DNA of 64,000 nt from Macrostomum lignano (Eukaryota): NCBI GenBank assembly GCA_002269645.1, contig NIVC01000100.1, forward strand, positions 186,001 through 250,000. The letters are read 5' to 3'. Below, piece by piece: positions 1 to 11,195 of the stretch. Made by a program: the position numbers and the translations under genes. How positions within the stretch are numbered: position 1 is the first letter of the stretch; each line of letters opens with the position of its first letter. The notes beneath the pieces were generated by a model. The model saw only the letters and a program-made list of their open reading frames with translations. It was not told the origin of the DNA and made no database searches.

Positions 1-513
1 ATGCTTCGGCACTGCAGTCAAATACATAGCAGTGATAGGCTGCTCAGTGTGCACAGGTTGTATGCAGGCAGAGCCAATGCACAGTTGAGTGAAATCTATA
101 AATAGCAATTGTCTATGCAGTCCGCCAGTCAGCCAGGGTCAGAATGTACACACGCAGCCACTCAGCATTATTTTCCTCTCCCTTATTGCAGCCAGTATTG
201 AGGCGTACGCAGTGAACAGAGAAAAGTTGTGACGCAATCTTAATTGGAATTGAAATTCAGTTAGTGAGATTTTGACCTTTTCTAGCTTTCCATTGAAAGC
301 ATTGAGAAAACTCGTTTTTCGAATATTTAACCATCTTCCCATTCGATTTTTTTCAATGCAATTACACCCACACAATCTCACAAGAATTTGCAATTGAATA
401 AAGCAAGTTTGAAAAAATCGGTTCAGGCATTCAGGCTGTAGACTGAAATACCGGTCAGACAGACAGACAGACAGACCTTAGAGATTTAGTATATTGTGAT
501 ACTATAGACTCAC

Positions 514-3500
514 TGCAGAGATCCTGTCGTAATGATTGAAATAGTCCAGACAGGTGTCAATCTGCTGTGCCCTTTGCAAAAGCCGATCCTGCTCAGCTAG
601 CAGGTGCTCACAATCGTGATGCAAAGCATTAGTTTTTCCCGCCACTTCGCTGTACTGAGCTCGAAGTCTGTCCAAACTGTTCAGGGTGTCTGACACGCCT
701 TGGAGAAATTCCTGCCATTTTAAGCGCTCCTTTTGAAGGCCGGCTTGAACGCTCCTGCAGTGATTTAGAGCTCAAGCTTTTTTGTATCATAGCATGCATT
801 GACACATTAACTTTTACCCCATCCTAAATTTGATGGAATCCCTTTTATTATACAATTATTTATACTTAAAAAAGAAATTAATGACAAAATTGAACCCATA
901 ACGAATGACTGATAAAATATATCCCTAATGTTTACAAGAAATTACTTTGACATTTGACTTTTTGGGGGAAATTGCTGAGATGTCAAGACTAAGAGGTCAG
1001 AAGCTACATGTAGTTTATTCAAAAAATTTTATTACATTCCTTGTTGCTTCTCGAACAGGATGCTGATTGCTAGAATTACCTTTACCTTACTTCATTGATT
1101 TAATTTTTATTGGAAAATTAAGCCACAATCAATGAATAAATGAGCAAATTCATAAAATTTAATGCATACCTAACCAGCATGTCACTTGGATCATCAGACT
1201 CATCCTCGTACTCCTTATACCATTCGAGAAACTGAAATTGATTTGTCAAACCAATTATTATGAGTTCAAGTTTGCTAATAATATAGTTTTGTTATTGTTG
1301 AATTTACTTACCTCAGTTATGTTTGTTAACTCTGTGATATTATCTGATGAATTCTAAAATGATAGATAAAAATCTTTATTTGTGTTTTATCATCATTGTC
1401 AATGTTAAATATGTTAAAAAAACAACAGAGTCCAAGGATGTTCACTTTATTGAACCCAGCATAAAAACATTAGTAACATTATATAAAACTACATAGTATA
1501 CTTAATACTGCATATAACTTTAGCTTAATACTTAGTATAAACCTTCCATATACTAAAAATGGTCAGTAGGTAGGTATGTGGGTATGTGATCATTTGTATC
1601 TACAATTTGATAGTCTACAACAGAGGTCAGCAACCCTTTTCCACTTGAGGTTTTTAGTCCAAGACCATGGGCCACAGTGGGACATTTAGGTGGAAGGGAT
1701 TTTAGAATTAAAAAAACAACTGTATTATAATTTGATGCATTCTTAGAAAGTCCAATTCCACTATACTGTCAGCCCTATAAATGTACATTTGTACCCCTGC
1801 TGTTGGCCAGCTCCACCACCCCTTTTTTTGCTGCTAGGCCACACTCAGGAAGGTGTCACATGTGCGCGGGAATATATTTCAGCATATTTTTGGAGTGTGC
1901 ACTGTGCGCGAAGCTAAAATATGAATTTGTGCGCCGAGGTCTACATTCGTTTATTGACAAATACATAGCTAGAGTACTAATACGCCGTAGCACTAAAAAC
2001 TCAGTAAAAGTCCAATTAAAACAAAACTAAAAACACGGTTAAATTTTTGTACCTTATATAGGCTTTTTTCAACTCAAAACTTTTGCTTTTTTTTAGCTCA
2101 CATAGAAAATTATCAAAAGAAATAGCTTTATCTTTACAGTAAAATCCCATTTTGAATTTTATTATTCATTTTACTTACCAAGAAACAATTTTTTTTATTG
2201 ATATGCTTGGAAAAAATGTAATCTTAAAGCATATTTTACGCACTGCATATGCAGATTATACATTTAGGTGACTCATTGTGAGCTAAATTTTTCTGATCAG
2301 GTTTTGCTGTGCACCAATGTGCACTAAAAACTTCTGCTAAGCCTTTGTTGTGCACTGTATGCACCATTTCGCGCACATTTGTCGTTGATGTGCACCGGAA
2401 TTTTCCACCATAATGTATGGCTACCAGCTGCCACAGAACAGGGGGGGGGGGGCAGGGGGGGGGGGCAGCTGCCTCCCTGACATTGAGTTGGGGGGGGGGG
2501 GGCATTGCCCCCTCAAATACCATCCAACAGCATAATTTTGCTCAAATTTTTGGTCACTGTCCAAGACAGGGTCTGGGCTTGAGTTTCGGAAACTTGGTCC
2601 TGTCCCCCCTTGGCAAAAACTCGTTCCGCGGCGCCTGGTGGCTGCTAGGTTCCCCAATTTCTATTCTATTTGAAGAACTGATATGCTGTTTGTCTAGACT
2701 TGTAAACAGCCACTGTTTACAATTGAGGGAAGGAATTCCCATTTTCAATGGACAAAATTTTTGTTTAAATTAGCTAAAATTGTATCAAAATTTCTACAAA
2801 AAATATATAACTTTGACTAACTAATACTACTCATAAATTTTTGCCTTTGACTTGAAATTTGAACAAAGGAACAATAAAGATCTCTTCTATTGAATGAAAT
2901 AATAAACCTAAAATAGAAAGTTCTAAATTTTTTAAGTTCAATTGTTGAAACATTGGGATACAAATATATTATGACTAGGATATGAGAAAAACAAAACAAA
3001 AATAAGCCATAGATTTTTTATTACAAATCTATTAACTTTTTATAAACTTAAAAACAAAAGAAAAACTTTTAAAATATCACCTACTATTTTTCTATAGTTA
3101 CAAATGACCAAGAGAAAGATCATGATTAATTAAGCATATAGTTTATTTATAAAGCAATAAAACAGTGTCCTTTTTAAAAATAAACTTTGCTTTGACAACT
3201 TATTTTTCTATGTCATTTTCTGGTATAGCCCATATAGGCTGTTTATCTTTAAATATAAGTAATAGTTTTTAATTATGACTTTCCTAAACTGAAACTACCC
3301 AAAGCATAATAAATAGAACTTTTTAATTGAAAACATGGACACAACCTTAGGATTCACTTGGCCATTTCTATTGGCAACACATAGGCCTACATGTAAGTCG
3401 CTATTGGATGGAATAGTAGTCATGTGACTACTCTCAGCCAATAGTGACTTACATGTATGTGTTTAATAAAATATTACAACTAAATTAAAATCCTTACAAT

Positions 3501-3762
3501 CCTAAAAAATGAATCCTATTCTATTGAACCTCTACTTAATAATATAATTATCTGTTTGCTTTCTATATAACATATATAACAAAATTTATATTAAATTATT
3601 ATCTGCCATAGCCCATACCTCTTGATATTTTGCTTTGCTTTCACTTGATGAAGGTACAAAAACATCTTTCTCTGAATCTTCAATGCTACTAGTAAGATAA
3701 AAAACTGAGTCTACAGCAGCATCAGACAACTCAATTGAATCCCAATCAAAGGAAGCCTGCAT
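514..3762 (-). CDS. COG3: Conserved oligomeric Golgi complex subunit 3 (Sec34), 5' part; gene continues beyond the left edge
   Basis: Exons 3762-3619, 1353-1312, 1231-1170 and 754-514 have GT-AG ends and matching phases. Translation MQASFDWDSIELSDAAVDSVFYL...FLEWYKEYE...LRAQYSEVAGKTNALHHDCEHLLAEQDRLLQRAQQIDTCLDYFN matches the Sec34/COG3 N-terminal motif (VSxKTxxLHxxCEQLLxEQ...LxYFN). Confidence 0.88.
2425..2637. mobile_element. Degenerate MITE with G-run interior, possibly hAT-derived, in COG3 intron 1
   Basis: Imperfect 15-bp TIRs CAGCTGCCACAGAAC (2425) and GTTCCGCGGCGCCTG (2623-2637), 11/15 complementary. Flanking 8-mers ATGGCTAC/GTGGCTGC match at 6/8, like a decayed 8-bp TSD. Confidence 0.45.
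3388..3457. other. 70-bp near-perfect palindrome/hairpin in COG3 intron 1
   Basis: Left arm TACATGTAAGTCGCTATTGG..AGTAGTCA and right arm TGACTACT..CCAATAGTGACTTACATGTA are reverse complements with few mismatches. Confidence 0.8.
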
Positions 3763-4904
3763 TTTGAATACCTGAAGCTGAAACTCTCTTTCGAAAATAA
3801 CTACGAAGGCTCAACTTTAAATATCTATCTAGTAACAGGAACAGTTAATACAAGCTGGAAATATTTCCGAAATCTTTACTAAAGTAAAGACTAGGCCTAA
3901 CCAAAGGCAAAGCTAACAGAAACAATATTTAGAATTCATTTACGGTGTCTTGGGCTTTGCAATTCAATCCAAGTCAACTTTTTTCAATGGCTACTAGAAG
4001 AAAAAAAGAATAATTACAGCAAGGTCTACTGCCAACGGTGACGGCGTCTGGTTATTAAGAATGTGCTGAGTACTACTTGCTTGCGATATATGCGAATTAA
4101 TTATTGCAGTGTGTTGTACGTCGTTTAAAATTCATCGGTAATAAAAATTGTATATGCAAATAATAGCTTACCTTAACCTGCAAATGCATTAGAAATCAAT
4201 AAAAAAACTTTTCTAGTCCTATTAGATTTTAAAAAGTGTGTTCTTTTAAAATTTAGATGCAAAAGTAATGTAATTTATTTAAACACAAAGGTATACCTTT
4301 GCGGCGTAAATTTAACATTTAATACAAGTGCTAGTAGCATCGTCAACATGTCTAAATGTCGCTTTAGCCCATAAACCTGTTACTTTACATATACAAATAT
4401 AGACGGTCTACCCTAGGATCATAAATAATTAATGAACAGACTGCAATACCACATCTGCAGTACGTAAGTTTTTACGCATAATTTCACGTAAAGCTAAAAA
4501 ATAACTAAGCTAAAAAGCTAAAAAACAAATACATGTATATGTAAGGTCTATAATTTACGCTGCAACATGCCCATCTAATGTAATTATAAACAAGAGTCAT
4601 CCGCAGTTCTCATCAGAAGTGAAAGTTCTGCGCTTACTTCTAATATTAGCTATTTGGCTAGGCATGCATGCCATTCAATCAGTACAGTGTGTATGTCGTA
4701 ATTCTGTGTTTTTTCAGCAATATTTTGCGCCCCATTAAGAGACAATAGTAAAGGGCGCCAACCAAGAGACAAGAGACCTGCAAGAAATCGAATTATATTT
4801 GGCGCGCCTTAGGAGTTGCGTCCCCTCCAATTAAAACTCCGTACGCCCGGAGTCATGTGGAAACAGCTGTGGAAACACAAATTTTTAATATTAAAATTAA
4901 TCCC

Positions 4905-6235
4905 TGGAAAAAAACCTTGGAGTTGTACGACAGGATTACCTGCGGCAGCTGCTCCTCCCAGCTAGACTCGGTCTCAACGAACAGCCTCAGCGCGCAGCTG
5001 CAGCGACTTCGGACTTCGACTCGGAGGTCTGGTCGCTCCGATCTGCAGCCCAGGCCAGTACGCGGTCTGCTTCAGCGTGTCGGCCATTTTCTCCGGTTCG
5101 AAGTGGCCGATGCCCTCGTGAAAGTCGGTCAGGAACTGGCGCTGCAGCGACTCCAGAATCACAGGAACCTCCCTCGGTCCCGCAGCGTCGTTGAAGGCCC
5201 GGCAGAGAAGGCCGTCTTGAATTCGCAACTTCCGCCAGATGCGGCTGAGGTGTCGCAGGCTGCTGTCGGACCATCTTGGTGGAGTCGTGCTGTCGTTTTC
5301 CAGTGCATCGATGACCAGCTTGAGCTTCCAATCAGCCCGCTGCGCGCCTGTCACATCTACCGTTGGACACCCGCGGCTCTGTTGCCGACGCTCCGAGCGT
5401 CTCGCCATGGCCCTCGCGTACATCCTCGACAAGCCTTCCGCCTCCGACGCCTTTAATTGTGTACTTGATGGTGAAGGTGAACTCCTGCAGCAGCATCCGC
5501 CAGCGCCCGAGCCGGCCGTGACTGTCGACTCGTTGGGAATTCAGAAACGTGAGCGGGCAGTGGTCAGTGAAGACCGTGAAGTGCCGACCGAGCAGGTAGT
5601 GGCGGTAGATCTTCAGTGCGTGCAGGATCGCCAGGCACTCCTCCTTCTCAACGGTTGAGTAGCCCTTCTCCGGAGCCGTGAGCGCTCTGCTGCAGTACTC
5701 TATCACCTGGTCATCTTGTTTGAGCACGATCCCGACTCCGGTTGTTGCTGGCGTCCGTGTAGAGCTGGAACTCCCTGGAGAAATCTGGGTGGCCGATAAT
5801 CGGCGGCTGCTGCAGGGTGGCTGCTGAAATGCCGTGCTCCACTCGCCGGTCCACTCGAACTTCTTCGACGCCTTGCTGGTCAGTCTGTGCAGCAGCCCGG
5901 TGATGTCGGAGAAGTCGGACACGTACTGGTTGCAGAGGCCCAGAAACTGCCGCACCCGTGTTGGGAACTGCGGCTCTGGCCACTCCTGAATGCCGCGCAC
6001 CTTCTCGGGACTCACCGTGGCACCCTTGGCCGAGAACACGTTGCCAAGGAACGTGACCTCCGGCAGGCCCAGCTGGCACTTGCTGCCCCTGACTGTGAGT
6101 TGTGCCCAGCGCTTCTAATCTTCTCGAACACTTCCCACAGGTGCTGGAGATGCTCGGTCTTCGACTTGGAGAAGCACAGCGTGTCGTCCATGTAGCTCAG
6201 CGCCTTTGAACACGCGGTTCATCAGGACACATATG
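4905..6235 (-). mobile_element. Degenerate Ty3/Gypsy LTR-retrotransposon pol fragment (RT end, RNase H, integrase Zn-binding region, end of integrase core)
   Basis: YMDD at 6183-6194; CQLGLPEVTFLG..EKVRGIQEWPEP..VRQFLGLCNQY; LYTDAS..VIEYCSRALTAPEKGYST..CLAILHAL..RHYLLGRHFTVFTDHCPL..GRLGRWRMLLQEF; FHEGIGHF..TAYWPGL; SSWEEQLPQVILSYNS. Multiple frameshifts; no LTRs seen. Confidence 0.9.
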
Positions 6236-6687
6236 CTTTACACAGTTGCAAAATATTTTTTGCTTGGACATTTAAGTTATTAAGTTAGTGCTGCTTATTT
6301 TTAAGCTTTGATAATTAAAACAAACCTACTCGTAGGGAGTAAGTATGCAATGTAATAAATCATTTACGAGCTAAATGTATGTACGCAATGCTTCTGCTTT
6401 GCGTACATACAGTTTTGAAAAATATTAACGAATCGCAAAAAGAAGTGGCAACGAAAATTCATTTTTGTATAGTCAAACGAATGGCTTGATTTTTTATCTC
6501 TACTGAAAAAAAAATTCGATTGATAGTTAGCAAAGCTATCACTTATATAGCGCTGATGTCCTTCGATGCTCGGAAAGAAAAAACTAATAATCACACGTTT
6601 AGCCGAATGCATATTTCAGTTTTTGTTGCAGTTCCTTCATATGTACATTTTTGGCCTCCTCTGTTATTCCATCAATAAGTTTCTTTG

Positions 6688-7227
6688 TCAATCATCTGAA
6701 TGGTTATTTGTTCCAGTTGATTCACGATGTCGATTTATCTGCAAGCGGCGCTCTTCCCACTGCAAGCTCTGCCGATGCAACAGCTCTCCGAACTCGTGAT
6801 CGCGCTCTCTAGACAGAGCCCGAATCGGCACTAGCCACAGCGGATAGGCTGCACCGCACAGTTCGCAATGCGCTTTCATGGATCGTAGGAGCCAGTTAGT
6901 TAAACAGCCGACATGAATGCTGCCAACGCTGCCGCGACAATTGCACAGATTGTGTAGCAGGAGCCCGCGCGACTGAGCACCGTTGCTGCTAGCAGAATTA
7001 CAAGTAGAGCTTGACATGCAGATTCGGCAACACTGATCGGATGAATTGGTGTTCGATGCTGCCGCGGAAGTGCCGGATATTATTGAGTTAGGTTGATCGT
7101 TACTACTAGCACCTACAGGACCTCTAGTGGCGGATCGACTCTTGTCTCTGTCGACACGTCTGCGAATGTTTTGGCGACTGCTTCCCCTACTGTTGGTGCT
7201 GCTTGAACTGAAGCTTTGATGGGCCAT
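6688..7227 (-). CDS. RING-CH (RINGv, C4HC3) E3 ubiquitin ligase-like protein, 179 aa, single exon, no TM helices
   Basis: CRIC...LCNCRGSVGSIHVGCLTNWLLRSMKAHCELCG fits the MARCH/RINGv consensus (CRIC..PCxCxGS...H..CL..W....CELC). Ser-rich N-terminus, ATG 7227, stop 6688. Confidence 0.8.
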   Translation of the reverse strand: MAHQSFSSSSTNSRGSSRQNIRRRVDRDKSRSATRGPVGASSNDQPNSIISGTSAAASNTNSSDQCCRICMSSSTCNSASSNGAQSRGLLLHNLCNCRGSVGSIHVGCLTNWLLRSMKAHCELCGAAYPLWLVPIRALSRERDHEFGELLHRQSLQWEERRLQINRHRESTGTNNHSDD

Positions 7228-7926
7228 TGTTAATAATATATTTCATGCGCTGCTTTCATCGGTTCAAAATCTTTAACTTGAACTTGAAGATACGATTCAG
7301 AAAGGAACTGTCTATGGTAATCAAGTACGTCAAGGTGTGAGCTAGTTCGTAATCAACTGATTTTTTGGCACAATTCTGCTCAAATAAATACCTCCTAATA
7401 TCTAAAAATTGTGTTAATAATGGAATGCCCAAGTTACAAGCCTGGTTGGTTGAATGAAGAAAAGCCAAGTGGTGTAGAAGCCGCTAACCTTCGTGAACTG
7501 TGTCCCCAGCCCCCTATTAGCAGCCCGAAGGTGCCAAGCCTTCACCATGGAGGCCGCAGCCTTCGAACACGCAGGAGTTCTGCTTGCTTTGCTCAGCTTC
7601 CATATTTCCATACTTCACAACTACTATATTTAAGTAAAGTGTTGTACCAATCTTCGAATACACGGAACGTTCCCACAAACTTAACAAACTTTTAAAACAG
7701 ATTCACCACCAAAGCTTTAGAATTTTCGTTCTGCTCGTTTCTGTCTGAGACAGTGACTATAGTCAAGGAAGAAAATGAATTTTATTCCACCAAATATTAG
7801 AAGCTCGAGACAATAATTATTTATCTTCGTATATATACATTCGATTTTGGAAGAGGCATAAAACTACAAGCGTACATATCAATGCTTTTGAATTGGTCTT
7901 CATTGCGATTGCAAAATCTTCATTTA

Positions 7927-8087
7927 TTAGCAAGTGTCGCCAAGGAGCTCCAGACGCACAACTCCGTGCTCGCTGTTGTTGTTACCGCCGCCTCCTCCAG
8001 CCTGTCCGTAAATCAACCCGACACCGACTCCGCTGTAGCTACCGCCGGCTCCAGGGCCGCCCCAGACAGCATTAAAGTCGCCACAAT
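7927..8087 (-). pseudogene. 3' fragment of an ALK/LTK-type glycine-rich domain protein
   Basis: Manual translation CGDFNAVWGGPGAGGSYSGVGVGLIYGQAGGGGGNNNSEHGVVRLELLGDTC-stop resembles the C-terminal end of the ALK/LTK-like Gly-rich domain (GGGYSGG..AGGGGGS..G.V.I). The ORF is absent from the supplied track. Confidence 0.5.
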
Positions 8088-8387
8088 CTATGTATTAGAG
8101 GGGCCACAATCTATGCATTAGATACGCCACAATCTATGCATCAGAGGCGCCACAATCTATGCATCAGAGGCGCCACAATCTATGCATTAGAGACGCCACA
8201 ATCTATGCATTGGAGACGCCACAATCTATGCATTAGATACGTCACAATCTATGCATTAGAGGCGCCACAATCTATGCATTAGAGACGCCACAATCTATGC
8301 ATTAGATACGTCACAATCTATGCATTAGATACGCCACAATCTATGCATTAGAGACGCCACAATCTATGAATTAGAGGCGCCACAATC
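8079..8387. repeat. 23-bp minisatellite (GCCACAATCTATGCATTAGAGAC), ~13 copies
   Basis: CACAAT recurs at 8105, 8128 and 8151. Confidence 0.95.
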
Positions 8388-8394
8388 ATCCGTT

Positions 8395-8885
8395 ATGGAG
8401 CATGCTTCAGCATATTGTTTCGTCACTCTGGCAACACGAAGACCCAGCTGCCTCGCATGGCAGCTAATTATTCTTCCACGGAGTTTCTGCAGCCGTCGCA
8501 GTTGGAGAAAAACAGGCTTGTACAACACGCGGCTCTGGCTTCACCCCTCAAGCACTGACATACTTCTCATTGTTGAGTCGCCGCCATCGGGATTCACATT
8601 TTCTGGACCCACTGACACGGCCAGCGGTTGGAGCCACATCGCCGCAGTGTACGACCGACAGACACTGGAAATCAGGATCTACGTCAACGGAACTCAGAAA
8701 GCCACCAGCGGTCCGTTAGCTGCTGTCACATCGTGCGCGGATTTTGGCAGCACCGTGGAGATTGGAGCTGTCAGCCGCAATGCCGGTCACAACCGCATGC
8801 TCCAGGGCTACATGAGATGCTTCTCGGTGTGTCTGAGAGAGCTTTGAGCGATGCCGAAGTAGAGTTTTTGTACGGACTGTGCTGA
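8395..8885 (+). pseudogene. LamG/concanavalin-A-like (Laminin_G_3-type) domain ORF with a C-terminal frameshift
   Basis: GWSHIAAVYDRQTLEIRIYVNG..VEIGA..LQGYMRCFSV, then a frame change to SERALSDAEVEFLYGLC-stop. Removing one TG at TTCTCGGTGTGTCTGAG (~8828) restores a continuous frame with the typical RALSxxEI ending. Confidence 0.65.
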
Positions 8886-9339
8886 GAAAACTAACAGGAC
8901 TATTTTATAGGAATAAGAGCTACATTTAGATGTAGTTTTCATTGTTTTTTTCAGTCGCTACTCAAGATCTAAGTAGAAGGACGCGACACTCGTGTTTTCT
9001 GGACATTTTTAAAGGCCTGTTTGCAACAAAAATACACAAGAGCGAGATAGACCATTCCGATTTGCTTGTTCTGGAAAAGGATTCTACGGGTTTATGATTG
9101 CTTTATTCTTTTGGCTCTTCTTTGGAAACTTGACGGATTCTCTTTGCTAGATAGTTTTGGAATGATTAGATGCTGATGTCAGTAGTATATGCTGCGCAAG
9201 TCTGCCCCTTTGACCGAAGAAAGTTTTTAGAACAACAGACGGGCACGTTGAAATGTGCAGAGGACAGAATTAGCCGGCCTTCGGACCTGTCTATGGACCT
9301 GTCTATCCATTAGTTAGGTCGATGCAGAGCCAGGCCCTA

Positions 9340-9671
9340 GGCATGTGTTGAACAAAAATGTTCACACTAGACGCCACCTCGACCAGCAACTTTGACACGA
9401 AATCAGGCCTTGAATGGTGTGACTGCACCCACCGGAGCAGCCGACTCCGCCGAAGCAGCCGTCGCCAGCGCTGCCGTCGCCGCCTCGCTCGCCATCGTTG
9501 GAGCTCCATCTGGCGCTAACAGCTTCACCCCAGCCAGCCGGCGCCGTAAGCCGTCGTGATTGCGTTGGAAGGTGTTCGGCTGAGATCGTTGAACCCTGGC
9601 TGTCCGTTGGAACAAGCAGACTTTGCACCAGCCGAATCGCTGCCGTTAGGCCCAGCCTGACCCGGCTGACC
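9340..9671 (-). pseudogene. Central fragment of an ALK/LTK-type glycine-rich domain protein, frameshifted
   Basis: After acceptor ttttcag (~9672): QPGQAGPNGSDS..YGAGWLG, a frameshift near 9527, then EAVSARWSSNDGERGGDGSAGDGCFGGVGCSGG (compare the GxGW..G..GG.GGFGGGG pattern of the domain). Confidence 0.4.
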
Positions 9672-10123
9672 TGAAAATGTTTTCAAAGAAGTTCTGAAAT
9701 GATTGCATAAAGATACCCACAGTAGAATCCCAGTCGCCAATAACTGACTGACCCCTCCCACTGAGACTGGTTTGCTTGGCCCAACAGCACAACAGCGTTC
9801 TCGTATTATACGAGTGAAGTGTTGATGATGCAGCTTGCAGCGACACAAAGCACCCACAATGCATTTAGCAGCCGTAGCCATCTAGACCAGCGCAGCAATA
9901 TTCAGCCTTATAATATTTTAAAACTGATAAAAGTTGTCAACAACAAGATCGCATACAGTTAAAACAAAAAGAGTAACACAGTAGATGCCAACTTCGTGCG
10001 GTTTCTACCGACCCAGTTACTGTATAGTGAGAGCAAAATTGATTTATTAGATAATGGTGCAATTAGGATACTAAGCCGAAGTCCTCTGTCTGCGAGGCCG
10101 CCATTTTATTCAAATGAATTGGC

Positions 10124-10695
10124 GCCATTTCAATTGAGAGCGGCGCCATTTCAGTTGAGAGCTGGCGCCATTTCAGTTGAGAGTTGGCGCCATTTCAGTT
10201 GAGAGCTGGCGCCATTTCAGTTGAGAGTTGGCGCCATTTCAATTGAGAGCGGCGCAATTTCAATTGAGAGCTGGCGCCATTTCAGTTGAGAGTTGGCGCC
10301 ATTTCAATTGATAGCGATGCCATTTCAATTGAGAGCTGGCGCCATTTCAGTTGAGAGTTGGCGCCATTTCAATTGATAGCGATGCCATTTCAATTGAGAG
10401 CTGGCGCCATTTCAGTTGAGAGTTGGCGCCATTTCAATTGATAGCGATGCCATTTCAATTGAGAGCTGGCGCCATTTCAGTTGAGAGCGGCGCCATTTCA
10501 GTTGAGAGTTGGCGCCATTTCAGTTGAGAGTTGGCGCCATTTCAGTTGAGAGCGGGCGCCATTTCAGTTGAGAGTAGGCGCTATTTCAGTTAAGAGCGGG
10601 CGCCATTTCAGTTAAGAGCGGGCGCCATTTCAGTTAAGAGCGGGCGCCATTTCAGTTGAGAGCGGGCGCCATTTCAGTTGAGAGCGGCGCCATTT
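10124..10695. repeat. ~22-bp minisatellite (GGCGCCATTTCAGTTGAGAGTT), ~26 copies
   Basis: Direct tandem repetition with 21-23 bp variants. Confidence 0.95.
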
Positions 10696-10825
10696 CACTT
10701 AATTGGGCACCACTTCACTTTAGTTCGTGCCATTTTTATTGATTTGTTGCCGCTTGTAAATTTCAGAGAAAAGCCTGTCTATCATTCACTATCCGTGCAC
10801 TTTTACTTAAGGTCCGGATCGCTAC

Positions 10826-11071
10826 ATGGAGCCAATAGAAGGCAACTGGCAGCGCACAATGCGCGGCTATCCAACTCAGTGGGTGAAGCTGTGGTGCGAT
10901 AAGCACGGCCTGGGAAGTCTGGCCAACCGCCTGACAGGCAACAAGGCGGACGGTGCCAAGCTGATGGACTGGGAAAGGCGACGCAGCTTGCAACGGGAGC
11001 TGAGCCTCACCGATTCGGAAGCTGAGAGACTGGCCACCGCTATGGACCAGCGCGATTTCACTCTGAAATAG
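10826..11071 (+). CDS. Short SAM (sterile alpha motif)-like ORF; standalone or terminal exon
   Basis: QWVKLWCDKHGLGSLANRLTGNKADGAKLMDW..SLQRELSLTDSEAERL fits the SAM pattern (V..W....GL..L...F....IDG..LL....L..ELG). Possible acceptor ttttacttaag at ~10811. Confidence 0.5.
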   Translation: MEPIEGNWQRTMRGYPTQWVKLWCDKHGLGSLANRLTGNKADGAKLMDWERRRSLQRELSLTDSEAERLATAMDQRDFTLK

Positions 11072-11195
11072 AATATAGATAGAGTTGCGCAGAAAAACAA
11101 GGCTTGCCATTTTTAAATTAAATCCTGCTTTCTAACCAACACCTACCAGTAGGTAAATATGTAGTTCAAGAATGTACCTATTGATAACTCTTGAA

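Noticed and set aside
139-393. 84-aa minus-strand ORF as the next COG3 exon
   Set aside because: No similarity to the expected continuation (SPTLSV..LDDCI); probably intron.
1621-1799. hAT-like terminus CAGAGGTCAGCAACC paired with ..CCCCTG
   Set aside because: The right end matches only ~6 bp and no TSD is seen; insufficient support.
1850-2400. GTGCAC/GTGCGC-rich imperfect inverted ends
   Set aside because: Possibly an old MITE, but termini could not be defined.
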